64,000 bases of DNA from the NCBI GenBank assembly GCA_964016885.1, contig OZ024743.1, positions 312,418,001-312,482,000 of the forward strand. The letters run 5' to 3'. Position numbers and translations under genes: made by a program. This DNA comes from Eledone cirrhosa (lineage: Eukaryota). Shown here piece by piece: positions 13,691 to 28,293 of the stretch; the first letter of the stretch is position 1, and every line of letters starts with the position of its first letter. Below the pieces are notes generated by a model. It had not been told where the DNA came from and searched no databases. It worked only from the letters and a program-made list of their open reading frames with translations.

Positions 13691-14029
13691 CAAAGAAAAT
13701 GAACAAGAAGAACAATTATTATTACTATTATTATTGTTATTATTATTTGTATTATTATAATCAAAATAAGCCACACTACATCAACCTATACCATACCACA
13801 CCACATTGACAAACATTATACCATACCACATTATCCAACAACACACTACGAAACACTGTACGACCTCACACCATGCTATGAAACAATATACTATACTACA
13901 CTATACAACAATAGACAACACCACACAAGACTATGAAACACTATACTTTACCACACTATATGAGACCACTCAAGTTAGAGAGGATCAACTTTTTTCCTGG
14001 AAAGTAGAAAACCTAACTTTAAGCTAAAA

Positions 14030-17000
14030 CCGAACTTTAAAATTAACACTTACCCTAACACTTGCACTCACACATGCTCTAACAGTGAACTTAGCGCTAA
14101 CATGAAAACTAACACAAACACTAACACTAAAACTGACACTAACACTAACCTGAACACCAGCACTAAAACTAACACTACCGTAAACACTAATACAAACACT
14201 ACCACTAACCTGAACACTTACACTAAAACTAACATTAGCACAAACATTAGCCTGAACACTAGCACTAAAACTAACATAAACACTAACACTAACCTGAGCA
14301 CTAACACTAAAAGTAACACAAACACTAATCTGAAAACTGATACTAACAAGAAAACTAAGCTAACATTAACTTCAATACTAAAACAAACACTAACGCTAAC
14401 AGAGATACTAACACAAATATTAACACAAAAACAAACACTAACACAATCTCTAACACTAACTTCAACACTAACACTAAAACTAACATTAACTTGAACACTA
14501 ACTCTAACCTGAACACTAACATAAACACTAATGCTAACATTAACACAAAAACAAAGACTAACGCTAACACAATCACTAACACTAATGGAAACATCAATCA
14601 CTAATGCTAACAGAGATACTAACACAAATATTAACACAAAAACAAATACTAACGCAATCTCTAACACTAACCTTAACACTAAAACTAACATTAACACTAA
14701 CACTAACCCGAACACTTACACTAAAACTAACATTAACCTAAACACTAACACTAAAACTAACACTAACAGAGATACTAACACAAATATTAACACAAAAACA
14801 AACACAATCTCTAACACTAAAACTAACATTAACACAAAAACAAAGACTAACTCTAACACAATCACTAACACTAATGGAAACATCAATCACTAATGCTAAC
14901 AGAGATACTAACACAAATATTAACACAAAAACAAACACTAACACAATCTCTAACACTAACCTTAACACTAAAACTAACATTAACACTTACACTAAAACTA
15001 ACATTAACCTAAACACTAGCACTAAAACTAACACTAAAAAAAAACACTAACACTACCCTGAACACTAACACTAAAACTAACACGAAAACTGATACTATCC
15101 AGAAAACTAAGCTAACATTAACCTCAACACTAAAACAAACACTAACATTAACACAAAAACAAATACTAACACTAACACAATCTCTAACACTAACATGAAC
15201 ACTTACACTAAAACTCACAGTAACAGAGATATTAACACAAAAACAAACACAATCTCTAACACTAAAACTAACATTAACACAAAAACAAAGACTAACGCTA
15301 ACACAATCACTAACACTAATGGAAACATCAATCACTAATGCTAACAGAGATACTAACACAAATATTAACACAAAAACAAATACTAACGCAATCTCTAACA
15401 CTAACCTTAACACTAAAACTAACATTAACACTAACACTAACCCGAACACTTACACTAAAACTAACATTAACCTAAACACTAACACTAAAACTAACACTAC
15501 CATAAACAGTAACACAAACACTAACACTGATCTGAGCACTAACACTAAAACTAAAAAAAACACTAAAACTAACACGAAAACTGATACTAACCAGAAAACT
15601 AAGCTAACATTAACCTCAACACTAAAACAAACACTTACATTAACAGAAAAACAAAGACTAGCACTAACACTAATGGAAACACTAACACAAACATTAACAC
15701 AAAATAAAACACTAACACTAATGGAAAAAATAACACTAACACTAAAACTAACACTACCGTAAACACTAACCTGAACACTAACACTAAAACTGACATTAAC
15801 ACGAACATTAACCTGAACACTACCACTAAAACTAACACTACCATAAACCACTAACCTGAGCACTAACACTAAAAGTAACACGAGCCCTAATCTGAAAACT
15901 AACACTAACCAGAAAACTAAGTCAACATTAACCTGAACACTAACACAAACACTAACACTAACCTGAACACTAACAAAAATGCTAACGCTAATACAAAATC
16001 AAACACGAACACTAATGGAAACACTAACACTAATGCCAACGCTGACACTGACGAAGATGGCTCTGCTGGCACAAACGCTAGCGCAAATGTTGACACAATC
16101 GCTTACGCTGACACAAACACTAACGTGAATACTGATGCAGGTGCAAAGGCGAATGCTGACAAAAACTCTGATGCACACGCTGATGTAAATGCTACACAGA
16201 CTCTAACGCTGACGTGGACACTGACATAAATGCTCACGCTGATGCAAACACTAAAGCAAATGCAGACACTAATGCAAACACAGACGCAAATGTTGATGCA
16301 GATGTTAAAGCAAACGCAAACGATGACAGCGATGCTAATGTGAACCTTAACGCAGACGTAAACATTGACGTAGAAGCTAAAGGAAACAGTGATGCAAACA
16401 CTAATGAAAATGCTGACGCAGACACTAACATACGTTAACACAGATGCTAACGTAAACACTTACGCAGATGCTAATATAAACACTGACGCAGACGCTAACA
16501 TAAACGCTGACACAGATGCTAACACACGTTGACACAGACGCTAACATAAACGATGACGCAGACGCAAATGTAAACGCTGACTCTGATGTAGATGTAAATA
16601 CAGACGCTGACGTGGAAGCTACCACAAACGCTGACACAGACACTAATGTAAGCGCTGACGTAGAAGCTAATGTAGATACTGACGTACGTAGAAGCTAACG
16701 TAAACGATGACGTAGATGTTAACGTAGACGCTGATGTAGAAGCTAACGTAAACGCTGACGTAGAAGCTAACAAAACGCTGACGTAGTTGTTACGTAGAAG
16801 CAGGCGTAGAAGTTAGCGTTTACCCTTACCGCCGAAGCTGATCTCCAAAACGCAATTGCTGATGCGGATTGCTGAAGCCAAAGCCAAGCTAACGCTGACG
16901 CAAATGTTGAGGCAGTATTGCCAGGCGCTGACGTGTATGCTGACGCTAATGCAAATGCTGATGCGGACGCTAGGGCTAAGGCTAACGCTAACGCTGATGC

Positions 17001-18240
17001 AAATGCTGAAGTTAACGCTTACATGGGATATGCAGACGCTGCATTGATGCGGACGCCACAGGAAAGGTTAATGGAAACGCCAATGCTAACGGAAAACGCT
17101 GACGTACACGTTAAGGAAACGCTGACGTAGAAGCTAACGTAAACGCTGACGTAGAAGCTAACGTAAACACTGACGTTAACTGAAACGCTGACACTGATGT
17201 AGATGTAAATACTGACGCTGACACAGACGCGGTCGGAAACACTGATGTAGATGCTAACGGAAATGCTGACGTAGAAGCTAACGTAAACACTGACATAGAA
17301 GCTAACGTAAACACTGACATAGAAGCTAACGGAAACACTGACATAGAAGCTAACGTAAACACTGACATAGAAGCTAACGGAAACACTGACATAGAAGCTA
17401 ACGTAAACACTGACATAGAAGCTAACGTAAACACTGACATAGAAGCTAACGTAAACACTGACGTAGAAGCTAACGTAAACACTGACATAGAAGCTAACGG
17501 AAACACTGACATAGAAGCTAACGTAAACACTGACATAGAAGCTAACGTAAACACTGACGTAGAAGCTAACGGAAATGCTGACGTAGAAGCTAACGGAAAC
17601 ACTGACACAGACGCTAACGGAAATGCTGACAAAGACGTTAAAGGAAACACTGTTGCAAACGCTAATGCTAATGTGAATGCTGATGCAGATGCTGACGCAA
17701 ATGCTAACCCCTACACAAATGCAAACACTGATGCTAACACTGACTCAAACACTAATGCAAATGCTGACGTGCACGCTGATGCAAACGCTGACACTGAGAG
17801 AAAGGCTGACACTGACACAAGTACTGACGCGGACGCTAATGATAATGCTGACTCAGAAGCTGACGTAGACGTAGGCACTGAAACAAACACTAATGCTAAC
17901 ACTAATGTTGACTCAGACGCTAAGGGAAATGCTGACACAATCACTATCACCAATGCAGACGCTGACGCAAATGCTGACACTTACGCAAACACTGAGGCTA
18001 ATCCAAACACTAACGCAGATGCTAACACCAGTCTACATAGACACTAACACAAAAGCTTACATAGACGCTTATGCAAATGCTAACGCTGATGCAGACAGTA
18101 ATGAAAGCAGTAACTGTAAGAGTAACAGTTACAGTAACACTAACTGACAGTAATGCTAACAGTAACACCGTCACTAACAATAAACTTACCATTAACAGTA
18201 AAACTTACCCTAACACTAACCCTAAATCTAACATTAATCC
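14030..18240 (+). repeat. Hexamer-periodic low-complexity block (ACTAAC grading into GCTGAC/GCTAAC), including a 24-bp array at 17260-17600
   Basis: Direct reading. Confidence 0.9.
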
Positions 18241-18768
18241 AGAGAAAAAAGTCATTTGCAATCACATTTAAGGTCACTCTTTAAGATATAGAAGATAGGC
18301 ATTACATTTTAATGATTTTAATTTAAAGAATCACGCTATACGATGCAACACAATAACACAACACACCACACCACACTAACCTACACTACACCAAACCAGA
18401 TTATACCATACCTTGGTAAATTTATAATAGGTTTCCATGTTATAACTACTCCAAACTAAACCATACCAAACCAAACCACACCATAACAAACTACACCATA
18501 CTTCATCACACCATGCTATTGAACTCAGTTTGAAAAATGTTCTTCCTGCTTTTTTGTCTTTTTTTGTGTGTGTGCTTACCACCCAATCTGACATTAAAAG
18601 TGTTCGCAATTAACTATTTTTTGCACATATTATCAATGAAGACTTTGAAACCTATTGAAAATGACTAGCTTTGTAGAAAAAAGAGGGCGGAAAGTGAGTG
18701 GAAATACCATTCACAAAGCTTGTCATTTTTGATTGCAGTGAAAGTCATATTTGTTGTTAATATGGTAA

Positions 18769-19096
18769 TGGAGGCACATGGCTTAGTGGTTAGAGCATTG
18801 GCCTTGCAATCGAAAGGTTGTGAGTTCAATTCTCAGACCAGGTGGTGTGTTGTTTCCTTGAGCAAGACACTTTATTTCACATTGCTCCAGTTTACTCAGC
18901 TGTAGAAATGAGATGATAGGGACTGGCGTCCCTATCATTCCACTGCAAAGTGGTCGTGTAGGTGTCATGGCAAAGACCACCCAGCACTCACTGTAAATGA
19001 GGTTGGTCTTAGGAAGGGCATCCAGCTGTAGAAATCAAGCCAGAATCAGTTCCCGTCCCACCCTTGCAAGCAGGGAAAAGTGGACGTAAAATGGTG
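18769..19096 (+). mobile_element. Full-length tRNA-derived CORE-type SINE
   Basis: A box TGGCTTAGTGG, B box GAGTTCAATTC, CORE-like domain, RTE-like tail; TSD ATGGTAA at 18762-18768 and 19097-19103; absent from the duplicated copy near 28100. Confidence 0.92.
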
Positions 19097-19139
19097 ATGG
19101 TAAAAGCATAGTCGGCTGTGAGCATGTTGGAGGTTGGAA

Positions 19140-22100
19140 AACCATACCACATTAAACTACATCAAACTACACCATACCAAACTACACCATACTACATCAC
19201 ACCATGCTATTAATCTCAGTGAGAACATTTTTCTTCCTGTTTTTTTTCTTTTCTGTGTGTGTGTGTGCTTACCACCCAATCTGATATCAAAGGTGCTCTC
19301 AAATGACTATTTTTTTACACATTATCAATGTATATAACATGGAAACCTATCATTTGCAATAGGTTCCCATGTCATAACTACAACAATCCAAACCAGACCA
19401 CAACAAACAACACCATTCTACATCACACCATGCTTTTGATCTCAGTGTGGAAAATTTTCTTCCTGTTTTTTTTTTTGTTTTTTTTTGTGTGTTCTTACCA
19501 CCCAATCTGACATGGTGCTGCAATTGACTATTTTTCGCACATATTATCAATAATTATGACATGGAAAACTGTCGAAAATGACTAGCTTTGTAGAAAAAAG
19601 AGGGAGGATGTGGGTGGAAATACCATTTACAAAGCTAGTCATTTTTTATTGCAGCGGAAGTCATATTTTTTGTTAATATGCTAAAAGCATAGTCCACTGC
19701 GAGCATCTTGGAAGTTGATAAATGTGCTCCCAATTGACTATTTTTTTTCCACTTATCAATAATTATGACATGGAAACCTGTCGAAAATAACTATCTTTGT
19801 AGAAACTTCACCAAACCACACCATACTACATCACACCAAGATATTGATTTTGGTGTGACAAATTTTCATCTGGCATTTTTTTTTTTTTTTTCCGTGCTTA
19901 CCACCCAATGTGACATGAAAGATGCTTGCAAATTATTATTTTATGCACATATTATCAATGGTTATGACATGGAAACCTGATGAAAATGACTAGCTTTGTA
20001 GAAAAAAGAGGGAGGATGTGGGTGGAAATACCATTTACAAAGCTAGTCATTTTTTATTGCAGCGGAAGTCATATTTTTTGTTAATATGCTAAAAGCATAG
20101 TCCACTGCGAACATCTTGGAAGTTGATAACACATGCAAAAATGAATGAAAAATTTTTTTTCTAACATTAATCAAAGTGGAAATTTAAATCCTCACTTATA
20201 AGAAAGCACACCACAGCACATTAATCTACCCCAATCCACACCATAAATTCACCATAACCATACTTCACTATATGGTAAATTTATTATGGAACACCTACTC
20301 TTAATATTTACATCACACCATGGTATGGAGATCAATGTGACAAATTTGCTACCTGCTTCTTATTTTTTTTTTGTGGTTACCACCTCAAACTAACATCATA
20401 GGTGCTTGCAAATGACTATTTTCCCACACATTATCAATGAATAAGACATGGGAATCTATCATTTACAATTGGTTTCCATTTCATAACTTCACCAAACCAA
20501 ACCAAACCAAACCACACCATACCAAGTTACACCATACTACATCGCACCAAGCTATTGATCTTGGTGTGAAACATTTTCTTCCCGTTTCGATTTTTTTTTT
20601 TTTTTTTTTTTTTGAGCTTACCACCCAATTTGACATAAAAGGTGCTCGCAAATTACTATTTTATGCACATATTATCAATAGTTATGACATGGAAACCTGA
20701 TGAAAATGACTAGCTTTGTAGAAAAAAGAGGGAGGATGTGGGTGGAAATACCATTTACAAAGCTAGTCATTTTTTATATCAGCGGAAGTCATATTTTTTG
20801 TTAATATGCTAAAAGCATAGTCCACTGCGAGCATCTTGGAAGTTGATAACACATGCAAAAATGAAGGAAAAATTTTTTTTCTAACATAAATCAAAGTGGA
20901 AATTTAAATCCTCACTTATAAGAAAGCACACCACAGCACATTAATCTACCCCAATCCACACCATAAATTCACCATAACCATACTTCACTACATGGTAAAT
21001 TTATTACAGAACACCTACTCTTAACATTTACATCACACCATGGTATGGAGATCAATGTGACAAATTTGCTACCTGCTTCTTATTTTTTTTTGTGGTTACC
21101 ACCTCAAACTAACATCATAGGTGCTTGCAAATGACTATTTTCCCACACATTATCAATGAATATGACATGGGAATCTATCGTTTACAATTGGTTTCCATTT
21201 CATAACTTCACCAAACCAAACCACACCATACCAAGTTACACCATACTACATCGCACCAAGCTATTGATCTTGGTGTGAAACATTTTCTTCCCGTTTCCTT
21301 TTTTTTTGTCTGTGTGCTTACCACCCAATCTGACATTAAAGGTGCTCCCAATTGACTATTTTTTTCCACTTATCAATAATCATGACATGGAAACCTGTCG
21401 AAAATTACTATCTTTGTAGAAACTTCACCAAACCACACCATACTACATCACACCAAGATATTGATTTTGGTGTGACAAATTTTCATCTGGCATATTTCTT
21501 TTTTTTTTTTTTCTTTTTCGTGCTTACCACCCAATTTGACATAAAAGGTGCTCGCAAATTACTATTTTATGCACATATTATCAATGGTTATGACATGGAA
21601 ACCTGATGAAAATGACTAGCTTTGTAGAAAAAAGAGGGAGGATGTGGGTGGAAATACCATTTACAAAGCTAGTCATTTTTTATTGCAGCGGAAGTCATAT
21701 TTTTTGTTAATATGCTAAAAGCATAGTCCACTGCGAGCATCTTGGAAGTTGATAACAGATGCAAAAATGAATGAAAAATTTTTTTTCTAACATTAATCAA
21801 AGTGGAAATTTAAATCCTCACTTATAAGAAAGCACACCACAGCACATTAATCTACCCCAATCCACACCATAAATTCACCATAACCATATTTCACTATATG
21901 GTAAATTTATTATGGAACACCTACTCTTAACATTTACATCACACCATGGTATGGAGATCAATGTGACAAATTTGCTACCTGCTTCTTATTTTTTTTTGTG
22001 GTTACCACCTCAAACTAACATCATAGGTGCTTGCAAATGACTATTTTCCCACACATTATCAATGAATATGACATGGGAATCTATCGTTTACAATTGGTTT

Positions 22101-22638
22101 CCATTTCATAACTTCACCAAACCAAACCAAACCAAACCACACCATACCAAGTTACACCATACTACATCGCACCAAACTATTGATCTTGGTGTGAAACATT
22201 TTCTTCCCGTTTCCTTTTTTTTTTTTTTTTTTTTTAGCTTACCACCCAATTTGACATAAAAGGTGCTCGCAAATTACTATTTTATGCACATATTATCAAT
22301 GGTTATGACATGGAAACCTGATGAAAATGACTAGCTTTGTAGAAAAAAGAGGGAGGATGTGGGTGGAAATACCATTTACAAAGCTAGTCATTTTTAATAT
22401 CAGCGGAAGTCATATTTTTTGTTAATATGCTAAAAGCATAGTCCACTGCGAGCATCTTGGAAGTTGATAACACATGCAAAAATGAATGAAAAATTTTTTT
22501 TCTAACATTAATCAAAGTGGAAATTTAAATCCTCACTTATAACAAAGCACACCACAGCACATTAATCTACCCCAATCCACACCATATACTTCACCATAAC
22601 CATACTTCACTATATGGTAAATTTATTACAGAACACCT
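19140..22638. repeat. Tandem array of ~180-bp subunits with interspersed hairpin modules
   Basis: AAAATGACTAGCTTTGTA...TACAAAGCTAGTCATTTT near 19575, 19983, 20703, 21609 and 22324. Confidence 0.88.
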
Positions 22639-23974
22639 ACTTCATTGACCATCATTTTAAGCAGAATCTCAGTGGAGTTTTAAATTGACCTTTTCATGAT
22701 TACACCTCAGTCTTAACTTAATCACCTGTAGATGGATGCTACATGTAATGTTAAAATTAGTTAAACACTGTTTCCCCCTTCTCATCACATGTGGATGCTA
22801 CATGTGTATTGTTAACATTAATCTAACGTTGTCCCCCCTCCCCCGCCTCACCATATCATACCACACCACATCACACCATATTGTACCACACTAGACCACA
22901 TAACACCATGCTATACCATATATATATATATGAGCTCCCCACTCGTTATATTAACTGTATCTCCTCGGTGTTTCGTGAAAGTCTGAGAGATCAGCTATAT
23001 ATTTGTTTACAATTTTTTTTTATATTTAGATGGAAAAGAAGCAAAAGACGACGAAGCAGACGACTAAAATGAAAATGACAACAAAGACAAAGAAGACACG
23101 GGAAACGAAGATGACGAAAAGAAGAAGAAAGTATGATCTCAGTTCAGTCTAAACCTAATGATTTATAGATATGATCTTAGTTCAGTCTTAACCTAATGAC
23201 CTGTAGATACAATCTATTTAGGTTTAACTTAAACATTCAAAGATATTTGTATATACTTTTGTTGATGTTTGACATTGTTTTTTAGTTATGAAATAGCTTA
23301 TAAGCTACATTATAGGATCACAGTGCATGAGCACACTGCTCTTTAAATTAACTTTATCTCCTCAGCACTTTGTAAAGTCTGAGAGATAGGCAACATATAT
23401 GTTTTACATTCTTTGTTTTTGGTATTTAGATGGCAGAGGAGAAGATAAAGGCACAGAAGAAGTCAAAGGCACAGAAGAAGTCAAAGGCACAGAAGCAGAG
23501 GCACAGAAGCAGTCAAAGGCACAGAAGAAGTCAAAGGCACAGAAGCAGAGGCACAGAAGCAGTCAAAGGCACAGAAGCAGAGGCACAGAAGCAGTCAAAG
23601 GCACAGAAGTAGTTAAAGGCACAGAAGAAGACAAAGAAAATGAACAAGAAGAAACAATTATTATTACTATCATTATTGTTATTATTATTTGTATTATTAT
23701 AATCAAACTAAGCCACACTACATCAACCTATAGCATACCACACCACACTGACAAACATTATACCATACCACATTATCCAACACCACACTACAAAACACTG
23801 TACGACCTCACATCAGACCATGCTATGAAACAATATACCATACTAGACTATACAACAATAGACAACACCATACAAGACTATGAAACACTATACTTTACCA
23901 CACTATATCACACCACTCAAGTTAGAGAGGATCAACTTTTTTCCTGGAAAGTAGAAAACCTAACTTTAAGCTAA

Positions 23975-26900
23975 AACCGAACTTTAAAATTAACACTTAC
24001 CCTAACACTTGCACTCACACATGCTCTAACAGTGAACTTAGCACTAACATGAAAACTAACACAAACACAAAATCTGAAAACTAACATTAAATAGAAAACT
24101 AACACAAACACTAACCTGAACACCAGCACTAAAACTAACACTACAGTAAACACTAATACAAACACTAACACTAACCTGAACACTTACACTAAAACTAACA
24201 TTAGCACAAACATTAGCCTGAACACTAGCACTAAAACTAACACTACCATAAACACTAACACTGACCTGAGCACTAACACTGAAAGTAACACTAACACAAT
24301 CTCTAACACTAACCTTAACACTAAAACTAACATTAATTTGAACACTAACACTAACATGAACACTTACACTAAAACTAACACTAACAGAGATACTAACACA
24401 AATATTAACACAAAAACAAACACTAACACAATCTCTAACACTAAAACAAACATTAACTTGAACACTAACACTAACCTGAAAACTAAGCTAACATTAACCT
24501 GAACTCTAACACTCATGCTAACACTAACAGAAATACTAATGCTAACATTAACACAAAAACAAAGACTAACGCTAACACAATCACTAACACTAATGGAAAC
24601 ATCAATCACTAATGTTAACAGAGATACTAACACAAATATTAACACAAAAACAAACACTAACGCAATCTCTAACACTAACCTCAACACTAACACTAAAACT
24701 AACATTAACTTGAACGCTAACTCTAACCTGAAAACTAAGCTAACATTAATCTGAACACTAACATAAACACTAATGCTAACACTAACAGAAATACTAACGC
24801 TAACATTAACGCTGACCTTAACACAAAAACAAAGACTAAAGCTAACACAATCACTAACACTAATGGAAACATCAAATACTAATGCTAACAGAGATACTAA
24901 CACAAATATTAACACAAAAACAAATATTAACACTAACACAATCTCTAACACTAACCTGAACACTAAAACTAACACTAACATTAACTTGAACACTAACTCT
25001 AACCTGAACACTTACACTAAAACTAACACTAACAGAGATACTAACACATATTAACACAAAAACAAACACCAACGCAATCTCTAACACTAACCTCAACACT
25101 AACACTAAAACTAACATTAACTTGAACGCTAACTCTAACCTGAAAACTAAGCTAACATTAAGCTGAACACTAACATAAACACTAATGCTAACACTAACAG
25201 AAATACTAACGCTAACATTAACGCTAACCTTAACACAAAAACAAAGACTAACGCTAACACAATCACTAACACTAATGCTAACAGAGATACTAACACAAAT
25301 ATTAACACAAAAACAAATACTAGCACTAACACAATCTCTAACACTAACCTTAACACTAAAACTAACACTAACATTAACTTGAACACTAACACTAACCTGA
25401 AAACTAAGCTAACATTAACCTGAACTCTAACACTCATGCTAACATTAACAGAAATACTAATGCTAACATTAACACAAAAACAAAGACTAACGCTAACACA
25501 ATCACTAACACTAATGGAAACATCAATCACTAATGCTAACAGAGATACTAACACAAATATGAACACAAAAACAAATACTAACGCAATCTCTAACACTAAC
25601 ACTAAAACTAACATTAACGTGAACACTAACTCTAACCTGAAAACTAAGCTAACATTAACCTGAACACTAACATAAACACTAATGCTAACACTAACAGAAA
25701 TACTAACGCTAACATTAACGCTAATCTTAACACAAAAACAAAGACTAACGCTAACACAATCACTAACACTAATGGAAACATCAAATACTTATGCTAACAG
25801 AGATACTAACATAAATATTAACACAAAAACAAACACTAACACAATCTCTAACACTAACCTTAACACTAAAACTAACAGTAACACTAACATAACTTGAACA
25901 CGAACACTAACCTGAACACTTACACTAAAACTAACATTAACCTAAACACTAGCACTAAAACTAACACTACCATAAACAGTAACACAAACACTAACACTGA
26001 TCTGAGCACTAACAGTAACACTAACATAAAATCTAACACTAAAAAAAACACTAACATTAACCTGAACACTAAAACTAACACAAAAACTGATACTAACCAG
26101 AAAACTAAGCTAACATTAACCTCAACACTAAAACAAACACTAACATTAACAGAATAACAAAGACTAGCACTAACACTAATGGAAACACTAACACAAAATA
26201 AAACACTATCACTAATGGAAAAAATAACACTACCACTAAAACTAACACTACCATAAACCACTAACCTGAGCACTAACACTAAAAGTAACACGAGTCCTAA
26301 CCTGAAAACTAACACTAACCAGAAAACTAAGTCAACATTAACCTGAACACTAACACAAACACTAACAAAAATGCTAACACTAATAAAAATCAAACACTAA
26401 CACGAACACTAATGGAAACACTAACACCAGCACTGACACTGACGAAGATGGCTCTGCTGGCACAAACGCTAGCGAAAATGTTGACACAATCGCAACGCAA
26501 ATGCTGATGCGGACGCTAGGGCTAAGGCTAACGCTGACGCAAATGCTGAAGTTAACGCTTACATGGGATATGCAGACGCTGCATTGATGCGGACGCCACA
26601 GGAAAGGTTGATGGAAACGCCAATGCTAACGGAAAACGCTGACGTAGACGTTACGGAAACGCTGACGTAGAAGCTAACGTAAATGCTGACACAGACGCTA
26701 ACGTAAACACTGACGTTAACTGAAACGCTGACGCTGATGTAGATGTAAATACTGACGCTGACACAGACGCGGTGGGAAACGCTGACGTAGAAGCTAACGG
26801 AAACACTGACATAGAAGCTAACGGAAACACTGATACAGACACAGACGCTAACGGAAACGCTGACGTTAACTGAAACGCTGACGCTGATGTAGATGTAAAT

Positions 26901-27590
26901 ACTGACGCTGACACAGACGCGGTGGGAAACGCTGACATAGAAGCTAACGGTAACACTGACATAGAAGCTAACGGAAACACTGATACAGACACAGACGCTA
27001 ACGGAAACGCCGTCGCAAACGCTAATGCTAATGTGAATGCTGATGCAGATGCTGACGCAAATGCTAACCCCTACACAAATGCAAACGCTGATGCTAACAC
27101 TGACTCAAACACTTATGCAAATGCTGACGTGCACGCTGAGGGAAATGCTGACACTGACACAAGTGCTGACGCGGACGCTAATGATAATGCTGACGTAGAC
27201 GTAGGCACTGAAACAAACACTAATGCTAACACTAATGTTGACTCAGACGCTAAGGGAAATGCTGACACAATCACTATCACCAATGCAGACGCTGACGCAA
27301 ATACTGACATAGATGCTGACACTTACGCAAACACTAAGGCTAATCCAAACACTAACGCAGATGCTAACACCAGTCTACATAGACACTAACACAAAAGCTT
27401 ACATAGACGCTTATGCAAATGCTAACGCTGATGCAGACAGTAACGCAAACAGTAACTGTAAGAGTAACAGTTACAGTAACACTAACAGTGACAGTAATGC
27501 TAACAATAACACCGTCACTAACAATAAACTTACCATTAACAGTAAAACTTACCGTAACACTAACCCTAAATCTAACATTAATCCAGAGAA
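23975..27590 (+). repeat. Second copy of the hexamer-periodic block
   Basis: Same start, transition and end sequences as 14030-18240. Confidence 0.9.
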
Positions 27591-27882
27591 AAAAGTCATT
27601 TGCAATCACATTTAAGGTCACCCTTTAAGATATAGAAGATAGGCATTACATTTTAATTATTTTAATTTAAAGAGAATCACGCTATACGATGCAACACAAT
27701 AACACAACACACCACACTAACCTACACTACACCAAACCAGATTATACCATACCTTGGTAAATTTATGATAGGTTTCCATGTTATAACTACACCAAACTAC
27801 ACCAAACCACAACATAACAAACTACACCATACTACATCACACCATGCTATTGAACTCAGTTTGAAAAAATTTCTTCCTGCTT

Positions 27883-27913
<31 letters not shown>

Positions 27914-28293
27914 CTTACCACCCAATCTGACATTAAGAGTGTTCGCAATTAACTATTTTTTGCACATATTATCAATGAAGACTTTGAAACCTGTTGAAAA
28001 TGACTAGCTTTGTAGAAAAAAAGGTGGAGGATGTGGGTGGAAATACCATTTACAAAGCTAGTCATTTTTAATTGCAGTGGAAATCATATTTGTTGTTAAT
28101 ATGCTAAAAAAAATAGTCAATTGCAAGCATTTTGGAAGTCGGATTAGTGGATAGGACATAAAAAAACAAAGGAAAACAAATATTGTCTATATGTTCCTGT
28201 GGAAAGTCGGGTCTTCTGTATTACTGGGTGACGCCAGAGGTCATGGTCGTGTGTCATTGCCCTTGAGAGGTGCAATTGGGAAAGGTCGGCTTA

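Larger units (their letters stand above)
10530..28175. repeat. Modular A/C-rich macro-repeat with ~10-kb direct duplication (12669-22638 and partial copy 22639-28175)
   Basis: TTCATTGACCATCATTTTAAGCAGAATCTC at 12671 and 22641, followed by the same order of modules. Confidence 0.9.

Noticed and set aside
16780-17110. Locally scrambled segment of the hexamer block
   Set aside because: Could be consensus error or ordinary decay; part is shared with the copy at 26490-26660; uninformative
17260-17600. 24-bp repeats as a CRISPR array
   Set aside because: Head-to-tail with no unique spacers; eukaryotic context; no cas genes
18769-18840. tRNA gene
   Set aside because: It is the tRNA-like head of a multi-copy SINE with TSD
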